Shown here in pieces: positions 25,430 through 38,580 of a stretch of DNA of 64,000 bases. The stretch comes from Octopus bimaculoides (Eukaryota). The position numbers and the translations under genes were made by a program. The first letter of the stretch is position 1, and the number at the start of each line of letters is the position of its first letter. The notes under the pieces are model-generated. The model made no database searches and was not told where the DNA came from. It saw only the letters and a program-made list of their open reading frames with translations. Location of the stretch: contig NC_068989.1 in assembly GCF_001194135.2 (NCBI RefSeq), forward strand, positions 3,208,379-3,272,378, in the 5' to 3' direction.

Positions 25430-25900
25430 AGAATTTATGTGGGTAGCAGGTTACAACCTGTAACCTTAGGTACCCTGAAGCTTTTAATAGTCTTTCAAGT
25501 TCTTCAGATCCTCCTGATAATCTTCCCTGTCCCTAAGAGGCAAACTTTCTTCAGAAGCTCTACAGGGCATCCTATTCCAATCTCCATCAACCGTTTGTCC
25601 ATATCTTTGCTTACAGATCCCAATGCACAGCATCCTTTACAGTTTTCATATCGTTGTTGTTTCTTGTGTGAAAAACTGAGTTGTTTTTGTAATGACTTTC
25701 GGAGGTTTTGTCCTCGTAGAATGGTGGAGTCCAACTTATAATAATAAAAGATTCTGAAGATATTCTATGATATGTTGTTTGTACAGTTTTGCCTTTCATA
25801 AAACATAAAGACATTCCATTTGCTAGTGGTGGTCTCTTCTTACTCTTGTTTATTTTGTTTCTTCCAAAAGAATTACATAACAAAACAGACAGACCTATCG
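25430..25900 (-). mobile_element. 3' end of an R4/Dong-like (RLE-clade) non-LTR retrotransposon, decayed
   Basis: ORF 25504-25734 ends ALGSVSKDMDKRLMEIGIGCPVELLKKVCLLGTGKIIRRI, like the RLE C-terminus (GALG.V.K......IGI....ELLQK.CLLGTARILR). Confidence 0.65.
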
Positions 25901-25955
25901 ACAACTGAACAAATAAACTTCCTCTGCAAGTAGCAGGTTGCTGTAGCTATTATCG

Positions 25956-26002
<47 letters not shown>

Positions 26003-26280
26003 GTTGCTGCTGCTTCTGCTGCATTTACTGTAATTTCTTAATTACATATCAAAAAATTAATGACTGTATAGCAACAAAAACAACAACAACAAAAGTAGGA
26101 AGAAAAAATTCATAACTAAAAGCCTTAACAGTTAAAGATGTTATAATATGTAACAACATTAGCAACACTCTCATTCTGATCATCATCATCATCAGCAACA
26201 ATAACAGCAGGTTTACCACTATCGTCATCATTGTCATCATCATTATCATTATCGTCATCGTCATCGTCGTCATCATCATC

Positions 26281-26311
<31 letters not shown>

Positions 26312-26577
26312 CCCAAGCCCACTTTTACTTCCCTGCCATCACTGCTTTATCAGAAACAACAGAAGCAAAACTGAGAGTCTGTAATTTTTCTAATGAAATG
26401 GCTCCAAGGCATCATTCTTTCATCTTCTTTTTTATTTTCCTAGCATAAACCTACCCATACAACCTTCCTTCGTATCTACCAAATACTCACACATTCCAAC
26501 AGATCTTCTGAAACACTTTCTTCCTTGAACAGAGAATCACAAAGATATTTATACTTTAACTTAAATTTACACCTATC

Positions 26578-26790
26578 CACATCATCATTTAACATCCGAT
26601 TTCCATGCTGGCATGGGTTGGACGGTATTACTGAAAACTGGTAAGCCTGGTTCTGATCTGATTTGGCAAGGTTTCTAAAGCTGGATACCCTTTCTAACAC
26701 CAACCACTCTGAGAGTGTAGTGGGTGTTTTTTACGTGCCACCTGACACCAGCATCAGCCACGACTATGGTCTCACTTGGCTTGACAGGTC
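26578..26790 (-). mobile_element. Family A copy
   Basis: Same diagnostic segment. Confidence 0.75.
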
Positions 26791-26804
26791 AACACAAGCA
26801 CATT

Positions 26805-27143
26805 ATATTCTTTTCTTTTCTTCTCTAGGCACAAGGCCCAAAATTTTGGGGGAGGGGGGGGCAGTCGATTAGATTGACTCCAGTATGCAGCTGGTACTTA
26901 ATTTATCGACTCCAAAAGGATGAAAGGCAAAGTCAACCATGGTGGAATTTGAACTCAGAACATAAAGACAGACGAAATACAGCTAAGCATTTTGCCCGGC
27001 ATGCTAACATTTCTGCCAGCACGGTATATTCTTTTCTACTCTAGACACAAGCCCCAAAACTTTTGGGGAGGGGCCTAGTTGATTAGATCAACCTCAGTAT
27101 TCAACTAATACTTACTTTATCGACCCTGAAAGGATGAAAGGCA
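26805..27143 (-). mobile_element. Two tandem SINE family C copies (26805-27022 full, 27025-27143 partial)
   Basis: Both begin TATATTCTTTTC..CTCTAG(G/A)CACAAG on the plus strand and share the core. Confidence 0.75.
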
Positions 27144-27479
27144 ATGGAAAACTTTAGGTCAAAATCTGTTTTTATAAAAGAAAAAAAATTAAGCAAATTC
27201 ATGAAAGAAAACTATAAAAAAATAAGCAAAAGTCTTTGAGAGATTGTTTTATATCTTACCTTAATTCTTTGACTACATGGAGGTTCAGAACTGGCTCTCA
27301 CCACGTCTTGAAATGCGGGATTTCTGTTGTCCTCTGGTGAAATCTATTATAACAAGAAGAAAACAAAGATGTGATTATATAGAATACAGTTCTTCAGAGA
27401 ATAGTTAGTTGTGAGTGGTATGGCACGATTATATAGAATATACAGGAGTAGCTCTGTAGTAAAATATTATGTGTGTTGT

Positions 27480-27712
27480 GTTGTGTTGTGTTTCCATGCC
27501 TTGACATCACAAAATAGTTGTAATCAACTGTCACCATCTTCAAGCAGTTCCTGTCATATCCAGTCTTCTGGTCATGAGGAAATATTACTTTCCTTGGAAA
27601 CTGGTGAGAGTTGGTGACAGGATGGGCATCTGACCAAAGAAAATTCATCTCACCAAATTCCATCCAATTCATGCAAGCATGGAAAAATGGATACTGAACA
27701 ATGATGATGATG
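27480..27712 (+). mobile_element. SINE B2 tail ending in the RTE-like (GAT)n 3' end
   Basis: TTGGAAACTGGTGAGAGTTGGTGACAGGATGGGCATC...CATGCAAGCATGGAAAAATGGATACTGAACAATGATGATG. Similar pieces occur at about 3130-3250 and 38000-38190. Confidence 0.65.
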
Positions 27713-28269
27713 ACTTTTTGGTAGGATGGTTAGTAGTCAGTGCTAGGGTACTGAATGGTAAAAACAATTGTTCCAACATGACAATTTCACTTGCAGTAGT
27801 CAATTGGTAACAAGTGAAATTTGGTAGCGTGTACCTTGGTTTTGCTGCTTGTGTTACGTACCTAATTAGTTGCAGAGCAGACACAGATGTTCTTGTGACC
27901 CTCCTGCCCTTGGCCCAGCAGAACTCATTCTCAACTGAGTACACTGGATCAACATGAAGTGAAGAAACTTGCTCAAGGGTTTGATGACTGCCTGATACAA
28001 CAATCAACCCTTCAACATTATGATTGAACCACTCAGTGCCCTAACCACAAAGCCAGATGCCTGAAAACCACTCTGCCAATGCCTGTATGAAAAGAAACAC
28101 AAGTACAAACTACACACACCAGTATTTAGCATTTTGGATATTACATCCTTCAGAAGTTCCATATTTCCTAAAATTCACCAACATGGCACCTGGTGCCCCC
28201 CCCCCCCACACCTTGTACTTTTCATACATTTTTGACTAGTTTTTCTGATGAGTTGTGGTGCATTTGAGC

Positions 28270-28470
28270 AGGGTATCCAATAAGTCCATTATTCTTACAT
28301 AAACCAATGATAGAGTTTCTATGCAGTTGGTTGACATACTAGAAATAGCTGCCAAATCCTTCCAAATAACTAGCTACCATCTTAAAAAGAGAAAAGTCAC
28401 ATTGAACAATATTCTAAATGTACAAAAAGCTGGGATGGTCACAGTTGGAGTGTCTTTGAACATAGGTCAA
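28270..28470. repeat. Unclassified old interspersed repeat family F (representative copy)
   Basis: A motif like GAGGGAGATTTGGCTGCTATTTCTAGCAGGTC or its reverse complement recurs near 6680, 11410, 28337, 30388, 43955, 47638, 61465 and 62255. Confidence 0.55.
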
Positions 28471-28683
28471 CACAACATAGATTTATAGCAATGAAAAAAA
28501 TAAAGAACGAAAAACAAAGAATCAACAAATAACAGAAGGCTTTGTCTTCATGTTCTTTTGTATTAAGGGCAAGTCAGCTTACTGGAGGGATTATCTTAAT
28601 ACAAGGGATTATCTTATTTCAAGGATTATCTTTCTCTTGTGTCTTCAATGACATTGGAACAGAAGGGTTAGATATAAGAGTAG

Positions 28684-28811
28684 ACACAGGCTTGGTTGTG
28701 TGGTAAGAAGCATGTGATCCTGAGTTCAGTCCCGCTTGACTCCACTTTGGGCAAGTGTCTTCTACTACAGCCTTGGAGGCGAGTGAATTTGGGAAACTAT
28801 GTAGAAGCCTG

Positions 28812-28847
<36 letters not shown>

Positions 28848-28880
28848 CTTTGTGTTTGTGCATATCTGCCCCCCCCCCCA
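28684..28880 (+). mobile_element. SINE family B (5' part)
   Basis: GGTTGTGTGGTAAGAAGC...TTTGGGCAAGTGTCTTCTACTACAGCC then TG repeat. Confidence 0.65.
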
Positions 28881-29009
28881 TACAACCAGTGTGAGTTTAT
28901 TTATAGAAAATGTATTAAACAATGGAGGCTGATCTGAGGTGAGTCAAAAGCAACAACATAAAGAAAGATGGGGAGAAAAAAGAACTCAGTCCATCTGTGA
29001 CAATGATGT

Positions 29010-29310
29010 GTCTTCCAGTTGATCCAATCAACAGAACAGCCTGCTCGAGAAATTAATACGCAAGTGGCTGAGTACTCCACAGACACGTGTATCCTTAATG
29101 AAGTTCTCGGTGAGATTCAGTGCGAACCAAAGTGAGACAAGGCTGACCCCTTTGTTATTACAGGTATACGTCTCACTTTTGCCTGCTGAGTGGACTGGAG
29201 CAACATGAAATAAAGTGTCTTGCTCAAGGTCACAATGTGATCTTGCCAGGGATTGAACTCTCAACCTTATGATCACGAGCTGAATACCCTAACCACTAAG
29301 CCATGCTCTC
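29010..29310 (-). mobile_element. SINE family D with long body
   Basis: Head and CORE-like block plus body CAAGTGGCTGAG.ACTCC.CAGACA shared with 32725 and 40080. Confidence 0.7.
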
Positions 29311-29845
29311 TTCACAGAGAAAGAGGGCACAGTCCCAGCTGGAGCATCTTTGATCATTGATATACTTGATCAAGTTTCATATAAAATTGGACAAAAGTAA
29401 CATCAACAAAAACAATAAATATGGCCCGTTTATTATCATCAGCAGCAGCTGCATCAACCCCTCGACATTACTGTCTTGATTCCTATGGCTCAGGATTATT
29501 CGGTTTCCATGGCATTTTAAATGACAGAGATCACGTTTCTTCTGAATGAGATGCCGGTCCATCACAGGGATGGTCATTTATAGCTGAGCGAACTGATGCA
29601 ATGTGAAATAAAGTGTCTTGTTTAGGAACACAATGCACCACCCGGTCTGGGATTTGAAACCACGATTCTGTGATTGTGAGTGCAACCCCTAACCACTATT
29701 CCACATACCTCCACTTGTTCTATGTTGGTTTTTAATTAATTTTTATTAAGAAATTGTCTGTTGTTGGCAACAAAACCAACAAATTCAACTGTTAATTAAG
29801 TACAGCCAATTTACTTCCAATAACAGAAAACTATATATATATATG

Positions 29846-29876
<31 letters not shown>

Positions 29877-30015
29877 TTAGATATGTGTATATATACAATA
29901 TATGTATATATCTATGTAAGAGATAGAGGTGTACATATATATATACACATATAGATAGATGCGTGCGCACAGACATACACAAGCACACACACAAACATAA
30001 CCACTCAAACACGCT

Positions 30016-30095
<80 letters not shown>

Positions 30096-30234
30096 TTTAT
30101 TTACCAATTAACCCATTTACATACCAATCCAGACAGTTTATTACAAATCAAACACATCCTGATTATAATATTTACTTCTGTACATTTCTTGATATTTTCT
30201 CTGATTATATGAACCATAAATAACTATCGACATC

Positions 30235-30265
<31 letters not shown>

Positions 30266-30599
30266 CCATCATCGTCATTAGGAAATGATAAAACTAAGGA
30301 AGATATGATTTCCTCTCTGATTTCATGGTAGTTTTCTTGCTACCAATTCTAACTGAATAAAAGAGCCTCTATGTGGTTACTTGACCAATTAGAAATAGCA
30401 ACCAAATCTTCTTAAAAACATCCATACACAGCATTCTATAATTGTACTTGTTACACTATCTCTGAAAACACACACAAGCATCGTACAATCTGCCGTGGTC
30501 CATGCTGTGAGGGAGGCCTTTTCTTACCAACAGAGGTGATGGTTCCCTTAACCTTTTTCCAGCCAGTTCTAATTCTAGTAACTATACTTTCAGAGCATC

Positions 30600-31520
30600 C
30601 TCCTCCACTGCTAATTAGGTCACCTAGGTAACAGAAACTATATACAACCTTATCATGGGCATTTGAAGAAATCTATGTCTGTGTGTTCTTTGAGTTTATT
30701 GTTCCTGCACATCTGCTGCTCACAAACATTACTTTCTCTGTTACCTTTTCTGTGATACAACTGCATCTCTTGTGTGTCCATAGTCTACACTATGTACACC
30801 ATATGGAACTTCTACCTACTCCTTGTCTACATATAGATCAGGGCCATTTACCTAAAGGGGTCAGCATCCTGCCTTTGGTCTTTGCTAAGTTAACTTTAAG
30901 ACCCTTCAATTTCAGCTTTTGCTTCCACGCCTGGAATTTCATTTCCATTTCTATTACAATTTCATTGATAAAACTATGGTCATTAGCACAGAGATACTCC
31001 CATAAGCAGCTGATTTTGAATTTCTCAGGTTTGGCCTAGAAGACTATGATAAATAGGAGGGGACTGATAACTGATCCCAGAGGGGATCCCACTGAATTCC
31101 TCACTGTACTCATTGTTAATTATCACTTTGCTGGCTTCACCCCTGAACATGGCTTCAATGATCCTCACTGGCCATTCGGTTACTCCTTGCTTCTGCAGTG
31201 ACCCCTCATGAGAGAACAAGGCACCCTGTCAAAGGCTTTCTCCAGGTTAATGAATGTTGTGTCCCGTGGTTTACTTTTTGTTGGGTACTTCTGTTGCCAC
31301 CAAATTATAAAGAGAGCATCAGTAGTACTTCTTCCTAATTAGCTTTCTTCCTAATTAATTGAACTCTGACTCTTCCGATGACTTTCATAACCTGGTCCAG
31401 TAATTTGATGTCTCTGTGACAGCTTCTCTCCAAGACAATTCCATTGCTTTTGTTACAGTTGACTATGACATTATGCAAACATAAAGCTTGCTGTTTCAAT
31501 GTTAAAGTGTTAATCACACA
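30600..31520 (-). mobile_element. RTE-clade LINE reverse transcriptase remnant
   Basis: HRDIKLLDQVMKV, FINLEKAFDRVP, LQKQGVTEWPVRIIEAMFRGEASKVIINNEYSEEF, followed by a post-RT Cys/His region. Frameshifted. Confidence 0.8.
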
Positions 31521-31984
31521 ACCAGCCAGAAATCACATCAAAAATGCCACAGAAAAAAAAAAAAGAAATGAATCAACAAAACGATGTAATAAAATAATAT
31601 ATATTGCCATAAAATATATAAATCTCTTTTATGCTATGGAACAATAAAGATCTTTTTATTCCTCTTCAGCTCAGTGGAGTAGAGGGTGTGGTGGTGGTGG
31701 ATATATTCACTCAAGTCAAGAGCATTGATAACTTCTTGTCTCCATTGTAATATATGGGAACCCGCATGACCTGAAGATCCTTCAGGCAAATACGGAATGT
31801 TTGGAGATGGTGCATGTGCCACAGCACAGAGGAAATGAGTCTGGTGAGAAGCAAGAGGAGCCAGAGCTGAAGTCAACTCAGTTTTGCTGAACCTGCAGGT
31901 TTTGCAATCCCCTGACCCATGTGGTGTGACAGAGGACCATCAGGCAAGGTGACCTCAATGTGATTTAGTGAGATTTGGCAGATA

Positions 31985-32201
31985 TTGGTTTCAAATTTTG
32001 GCACAAGGCCAGCAATTTCAGAGGAGGTGGTAAGTTAATTACATCATTCCCAGTACTCAACTGGTAATTATTTTATCAACCTTGAAATGATGAAAGGCAA
32101 ACTCAACCATGGTGGGATTTGAACTCTCAATCTAAGGACAGATGGAATGCTGCTAAGTACTTTGCCCAGCATGCTAACGATTCTCTCAGCTCATTGCCTT
32201 A
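31985..32201 (-). mobile_element. SINE family C
   Basis: Full-length reverse-complement match. Confidence 0.7.
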
Positions 32202-32724
32202 ATGATTTGGCAGATATTACAAGCAGCGACAGGGAAGCTAGAGATCCACTCTCATTGGTTCAATTGTTTTGGTGTTGCTTCTGCAGCTGCTGCCTTGCGA
32301 TGATGCGAAAGAGGCTGAAAATTGCAGGATGAGATGACTGGCTGCAGGTGATTTGTCATGGCTGACTGGACGTAAAACCTGTTTGGGTGACAGGAATTTT
32401 TGATGCAGGAGCCGAATACACGCACGCACACACGCACGCGCGCGCTTGCAGATGCATACAAACACATGGATGTACAGAAATATACAGAAAGAGAAAAACA
32501 TTACAATTTATTGAACATGACTAGAATAAGCACTCTCCCTTCCACATTCTCATAAAAATATGTTCCTGTGGAGAGAGAGAGAGAGAGAAAATAAAAGAGG
32601 AGTGAATTAGAGAAACATCAAAACACTTGATATGAAACGGTGAGGCTCAGATCAGTGCCACCAAAGGAGTGGCACCAAAAGAGATAGAAAAAAAAAACCC
32701 TGGCACCCCTTTGGCTTTGATGGC

Positions 32725-33010
32725 AAGTGTTCCCATGGGACAGCCTGCTCATGGAATTAATGTGCAAGTGGCTGAGTGCTCCTCAGACATGCATACCGTT
32801 AATGTAGTTCTCAGAGAGATTGAGTGTGACATAGAATGTAACAAGGCTGGCCCCTTTTGAATTACAGGTACAACTCATTTTTGCCAGCTGAGTGGACTGG
32901 AGCAATGTGAAATAAAGTGTCTTGCTCAAGGACTCAATGTGCTGTCAGGATATTGAACCCAGGACCTTATGCTCATGAGCTGAATGCCCAAACCACTGAG
33001 CCACGTGTCT
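32725..33010 (-). mobile_element. SINE family D with long body
   Basis: Collinear with 29010-29310. Confidence 0.7.
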
Positions 33011-33372
33011 TCACAACACCAATAGATAAGACTATGTTTACAAGTGACATTTCATGGCAGCCAACTGAAATAAATCACTTGGACAAACGGAGTATTTCAG
33101 TGCATATTATTAAGTTATGGATAGAGTTTTCTCTGAAAACGAGCCAATCTAATTAACCTTGCCTGAACTCCTACATATAAATGATGACAAACTGTGTGTC
33201 ACCCGGTACCAGTTCTTATCTTTAGTTCCAGTCAACACTAAGATGCTTAACATAATAAACAAAAGGTTTGTAGTTTTAGCAACGGAAATCTTTTCAAAAT
33301 CTCTTATCTGAAAAAACAACTCCGTTTCAGAAACAATTATACAACTGATCATTTTATAAATACAACACTGTA

Positions 33373-33425
<53 letters not shown>

Positions 33426-33728
33426 CTCTAAAAACAGAAAGAAAAATCTCCTCAAAATATCAGTTACCAAAATGAATTGACTTCACAACCAATAAGTCAC
33501 CTAATCGTGTTTTTATAAATCTCACGAGGAAACAGTTAAAAGCAAAATCAAGCACAGGACACTTCTTCAGATTGAAGTATTTAACTTAAACAAACTTAAG
33601 TGTTTGGCATTGTAACTCCACAAATCATTTATACTTGAATATTTACGACACATCTACCCTGGACATAACTTGGTTTTGAGCTTATCAAAAATAATATCAT
33701 TCTATTTACCGTATTCTTACCAAAGAGA

Positions 33729-33930
33729 AAGGCAGTGAAATGGTAGAATTGTTAGTGATTTTGATGCTTTGTGGCATTTTGTCTGCTTTTACTTTCTGAG
33801 TTCAAATTCCGCCAAGGCCAAGTTTGCCTTTCATCCTTTTGGGATCATTGAAATAAGTACCAGTTATGCACTGGGGCTGATGCATTCAACTTGACCCCTC
33901 CTCTGAAATTGTTGGCCATTATCAAAGTTT
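33729..33930 (+). mobile_element. SINE family C
   Basis: CTGAGTTCAAATTCCGCCAAGGCCAAGTTTGCCTTTCATCCTTTTGGG core. Confidence 0.7.
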
Positions 33931-34341
33931 AAAATCAATTTTATCTAGAAGAATAAAATGGGGTGTTCCTCAAGGTTCTACTTTTCATGCATTATTATTC
34001 ATTGTCTGCATTAATAAATTCCGTACATCATCATTATCTTCCTTGTTTTAATGTCTTCTTTACTTGCTTGATGCAAATATTCCATTCACACTAAACAGAC
34101 TTCAGTTTCCACTTTGACTTGCATATTCAATGACAATTAATAAGGCTCAAGGGCAAACCTTTAAAAAAAAGTTGGAATACATTTGCCTCAACCGGTATTT
34201 TCTCATGGCCAATTATGTCACATTTTCAAGAGCACGAGCTATGAAGGTCAAATAGTAATTCCATTTATGTTTGTGTAACTGAGATATTTTGGTTGGATTA
34301 TATAGTCATTGGTGTTACATTACTTTCTATATTATGCAACG

Positions 34342-34570
34342 GGATGGAGAGCTGGCAGAATCGTTAGCACACCGGGCGAAATGCTTAGCGGTATTTCATT
34401 TGTCTTTACGTTCTGAGTTCAAATTCTACTGAGGTCAACTTTGCCTTTCATCATTTTGGGGTTGATAAAATAAGTACCAGTTACATACTGGGGTCAATGT
34501 AACCAACTAATCCCCCTTCCCTCAAATTTCAGGCCTTGTGCCTAGAGTAGAAAGGATTATTATTATTATC
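34342..34570 (+). mobile_element. SINE family C, full length
   Basis: GAGCTGGCAGAATCGTTAGCACACCGGGCGAAATGCTTAGCGG head through (ATT)n tail. Confidence 0.8.
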
Positions 34571-34882
34571 ATGATAAAGTAATGATAGTGAAGAGGTAGC
34601 AGGGGGAGTGTGTGAGTGTTGATGGCTGTTGGATCTGATCTATTTCTGAGTCTGTTCTGCAATTAGCCAAAACTCCATAGTAAAAGCTTACCCAAGGCAT
34701 CTTAGGGTTAATTGAAAACAATTAAAGCAATTAAGTCCAAATAGACATTTCCAGCCATGATCTTCTCATGCATTTTTTTAAAGGCATAGTGTATCTACGG
34801 TTACATTATTTGATGTGCCTTTGCTCTTTTAAGATACTATAATGTGAATGATCAGGGCTTAAGGAATAAATTCTATCTCAAC

Positions 34883-35180
34883 CAGTGTTTTCCAACCATT
34901 TTTTTTTTTATCTACGGATCCCTCTGATTACTGTTGTATTCTGGTGGACCCCCCCCCCCCAAGCCATCCATTGTTTAAAATTAGTTTTATAGCAAATTCT
35001 TTCAAATTTCTTATTTTGTTTTTCACTCATTGTGTAGGTCGAACCATGTAAAACATTTGAGAAAGAAATCTGTTTCTTGCAATAAATACTTCTAAAGCAA
35101 GTTTTCCAGGAGCCCCTAGAATACTACTGTGGACGCAATTTACTATATGGAACCCCAGGGTTCTCTTTTGAGAACCACTG
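34883..35180. mobile_element. hAT MITE (Charlie/Buster-type TIRs)
   Basis: TIRs CAGTGTTTTCCAA / TTGAGAACCACTG; flanking 8-mers ATCTCAAC and ACCTAAAC (6/8 identical) fit a decayed TSD. Confidence 0.65.
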
Positions 35181-35740
35181 ACCTAAACTAAATTACAATC
35201 TCTCTCAAACTACCTTGTCTTTGTAGTCAATTTATACGATCCCATTTTGGTGATTAAAATCAATAAACAACTTTTAAAATCTATCATAATGCTTTCAATA
35301 TAATGACCACAATAAAATTTATACTCTCAAGAGATGCATTACAGAATCATGATGACATTATCAAATTAGATAAACTATTGATTAATTTTCAATATAAATA
35401 AAGCCACATCTTCTCATGCTGCTGCTGATGATGATGTATTTGTTGTTGCTTGTAGAATTTATTGTCATTACTATCAGGATTCTGCAGGCAACAGTGGCGC
35501 CATAAAAAGTCCTTAATTCCAAATAATGTAAACTGATAAATCTTCACAGAATCGTTGTTGTTAGTGGTCTCACTTTTAGTTAATTGAAACGGAACAATTT
35601 TGTTCAAAATATTTGTTCACAAGTGCATTAATATACAGAAACACTCGTACATATAAACGTACCCCATCCCCACATACTTACATACACCACGCACACACAC
35701 ACACACGCACACGCACACACGCACACAACTGAAATGACTT

Positions 35741-35877
35741 AAGGTTAATGAAGCAAAATGCTTCATGGCATTCTTTTCCGTCTTTACGTTCTGAGTTCAA
35801 ATTCTGCCAGGGTCAACTTAGCCATTCATCCTTTCAGGGTCGATAAAATAAGTACCAGTGAAATACTGGGGTCAATA
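35741..35877 (+). mobile_element. SINE family C, truncated by gap
   Basis: Core match up to the N run. Confidence 0.7.
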
Positions 35878-36381
35878 NNNNNNNNNNNNNNNNNNNNNNN
35901 NNNNNNNNNNNNNNNNNNNNNNNNNNNNNNNNNNNNNNNNNNNNNNNNNNNNNNNNNNNNNNNNNNNNNNNNNNNNNNNNNNNNNNNNNNNNNNNNNNNN
36001 NNNNNNNNNNNNNNNNNNNNNNNNNNNNNNNNNNNNNNNNNNNNNNNNNNNNNNNNNNNNNNNNNNNNNNNNNNNNNNNNNNNNNNNNNNNNNNNNNNNN
36101 NNNNNNNNNNNNNNNNNNNNNNNNNNNNNNNNNNNNNNNNNNNNNNNNNNNNNNNNNNNNNNNNNNNNNNNNNNNNNNNNNNNNNNNNNNNNNNNNNNNN
36201 NNNNNNNNNNNNNNNNNNNNNNNNNNNNNNNNNNNNNNNNNNNNNNNNNNNNNNNNNNNNNNNNNNNNNNNNNNNNNNNNNNNNNNNNNNNNNNNNNNNN
36301 NNNNNNNNNNNNNNNNNNNNNNNNNNNNNNNNNNNNNNNNNNNNNNNNNNNNNNNNNNNNNNNNNNNNNNNNNNNNNNNNN

Positions 36382-36421
<40 letters not shown>

Positions 36422-36839
36422 AAGCACACAAACACATGTTGCGAAAGAGAATATGAGTGTGATGTGTCAACCATTTTAATCATCTGAGATGATTTAATTA
36501 CTGTGTAATATATCTGTAGGTGGCAGGGTAGGTTAAGAGGTGTGTGGTACTTTTGTGTATGTATGTGCATTGCATGCATTGTGCATGTGTAGTGTGTATT
36601 TGTGTGCGTGCACATGTACGTAGGGCTTTGGCTGTAAGTATATCCATGCTTCCCGAGTGTGTAGCTCTCTCTCTCTTTCTATGTGCTTGATGTGCCCATG
36701 GTGTGTATAATGTGTATATAAAGTGGTTAGTCTATAAGTAGTCTACTTATGTGGTTCATGAGTGTGTAACTCCCTGAGTAGATGTGAACACGTTATGTGA
36801 TTAGGCGGGTGTTCATTTGTGGGTCTCTTCTGTCATCAA

Positions 36840-37003
36840 AATTCACAACCAGCACCACCACCACCAGCACCAGCACCACCACCATTAAATAAAACTACTA
36901 CTACCACCACCACCTCCACCACAATTCACTGCTTCTTTCTTCTCCTTTGTCACCACCGCTACGTCCTCCACTTGCTTATTGTCATCATTGTCACCACCAT
37001 CAA

Positions 37004-37036
<33 letters not shown>

Positions 37037-37290
37037 CAGTATTGTCATTACCATCATAAGCATCACCCTCCTCCTCCATCATCAGCATCACCAACATCAG
37101 CATCACCAACATCATCCCCATCACTACCATCATGAGCATTGTTCTCCTCCTCCTCCTCATCATCATCATAATCAACCTCTTCCTCATCATCACCACTGCC
37201 ATCATTGTCAGCATCATTGTCATCACCTCTGTTGTTGTCATCGTAATTACCATTGTCCTCCTCCTCCTCCTCTTCATCATCATCATCATC
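36840..37290. repeat. Compound CAC/CAT/ATT/CTC trinucleotide low-complexity tract
   Basis: Direct inspection. Similar tracts occur at 10190-10290, 19300-19500, 26160-26310 and 49820-50200. Confidence 0.9.
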
Positions 37291-37399
37291 ATAACTCATA
37301 TGTTTGCAATAGTTGGTCCTGTCTTCTACATCATAGTCTCGTCTCTTATTGCAATCCCACATCATTTCCTTCACAGGGGTTTCACCATTTGGGATCAGC

Positions 37400-37790
37400 C
37401 CCTCACCCTTTCTTGCCATATCTCCCACGAGCCACCACTGCCACAACTTTCTTCCCCGCCTACACCCAGCTGTTATTCTTCATTTCTCACACACGTCCCC
37501 AACCAACGAAACCCTTGCCTGCCCCCACTGCTTATGATCCCTCTTTTATTTATTCTCTCAGCTTATTCCTTACCCTACCATTAATGCAGACTAGCATCAC
37601 AAACCCAGCAAACGATGTTCACTTCATTTCTTTTGATCCTTTGCAAATTCTTCACATTCAAAGCCAACATGCAACATTGGATGTGGCATCCAAGCTTCAT
37701 ACAGTCTCCCCTTCATCTGGTGAGGAACCTTTTATTGCCAGCAAAGCCAGTGGCTCTTTCAACCTTTCCTTCCATGTTCTCGTCCTTCCG
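37400..37790 (-). mobile_element. RTE C-terminal fragment
   Basis: Minus strand MKGRLYEA followed by degenerate ALNV..L.RI.RNE and RWLG blocks, homologous to 42250-42560. Confidence 0.5.
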
Positions 37791-37965
37791 TAATTGTGTT
37801 GGTGTGTTTATGTCCCTGTAACTTAGCAGTTTGCCAAAAGAGACTAACAGAATAAGAATCGGGCTAAAAGCAAAGTACTAGAGTCGATTCATTCAATTAT
37901 GAATTCTTAAAAGTGGTGCTCCAGCATGGCCACTGTCTGATTACTGAAACAAGTAACAGATAAAA
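37790..37965 (+). mobile_element. SINE family B 3' part
   Basis: CCCTGTAACTTAGCAGTTTGCCAAAAGAGAC...GTGGTGCTCCAGCATGGCCAC. A similar 3' piece lies at 40745-40900. Confidence 0.65.
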
Positions 37966-37966
37966 A

Positions 37967-38001
<35 letters not shown>

Positions 38002-38235
38002 TCCTTGCTTGGACATCCTGTGAGTGAGTGTTACTGTCATGCAAGCTGTGTGTCCTTCATGTCCAATATTCTATGAAAACCTGTTTGGACAGGAAGAAAC
38101 AAGGTGAGGGTTGGCAACAGGGAGGGCATCTGGCTGTAGGAAATCTCTATCAACAAATTCCATTTGTCCCATGCATCTAGGTTGGAAATTGGCTCTTTCT
38201 CCATGGGCAAGAAATTGAGAAACAAAACATTACAT

Positions 38236-38580
38236 AGTTCTATATTTAAGAGATGAGGAATCATGTACATTATTTACATTTGACGGATATCTATCCTCAT
38301 CTTGTTTGTTGTTAACACAAAGTTTCGGCTGATATACCCTCTAGTCTTCATCAGGTGTCTTGGGGAAATTTCGAACCTGTGTTCTCATTCCTAAGGTATT
38401 TTTTGATATTATTATTATTATCATTATTCAGATCACTGCTTGGAATCGAACTCGGAATCTTGAGGTTAGTAGCCCACGCTCTTAACCCATGTGCATATGG
38501 CATAGTGGTTAAGAGCGCGGGCTACTAACCCCAAGATTCCGAGATCGATTCCAGGCAGTGACCTGAATAATAATAATAAT
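38236..38580. mobile_element. Second palindromic tRNA-head + hammerhead element (right arm runs into N gap)
   Basis: The left arm 38236-38487 matches the 57k element and carries a mutated hammerhead on the minus strand at 38314-38359. 19-nt spacer, then right head with A box TGGCATAGTGG 38498-38508 and (TAA)n, ending at gap 38581-38849. Confidence 0.75.

Noticed and set aside
36819-37793. 324-aa His/Pro/Ile-rich ORF
   Set aside because: It is made of trinucleotide low-complexity sequence plus the antisense strand of an RTE fragment.
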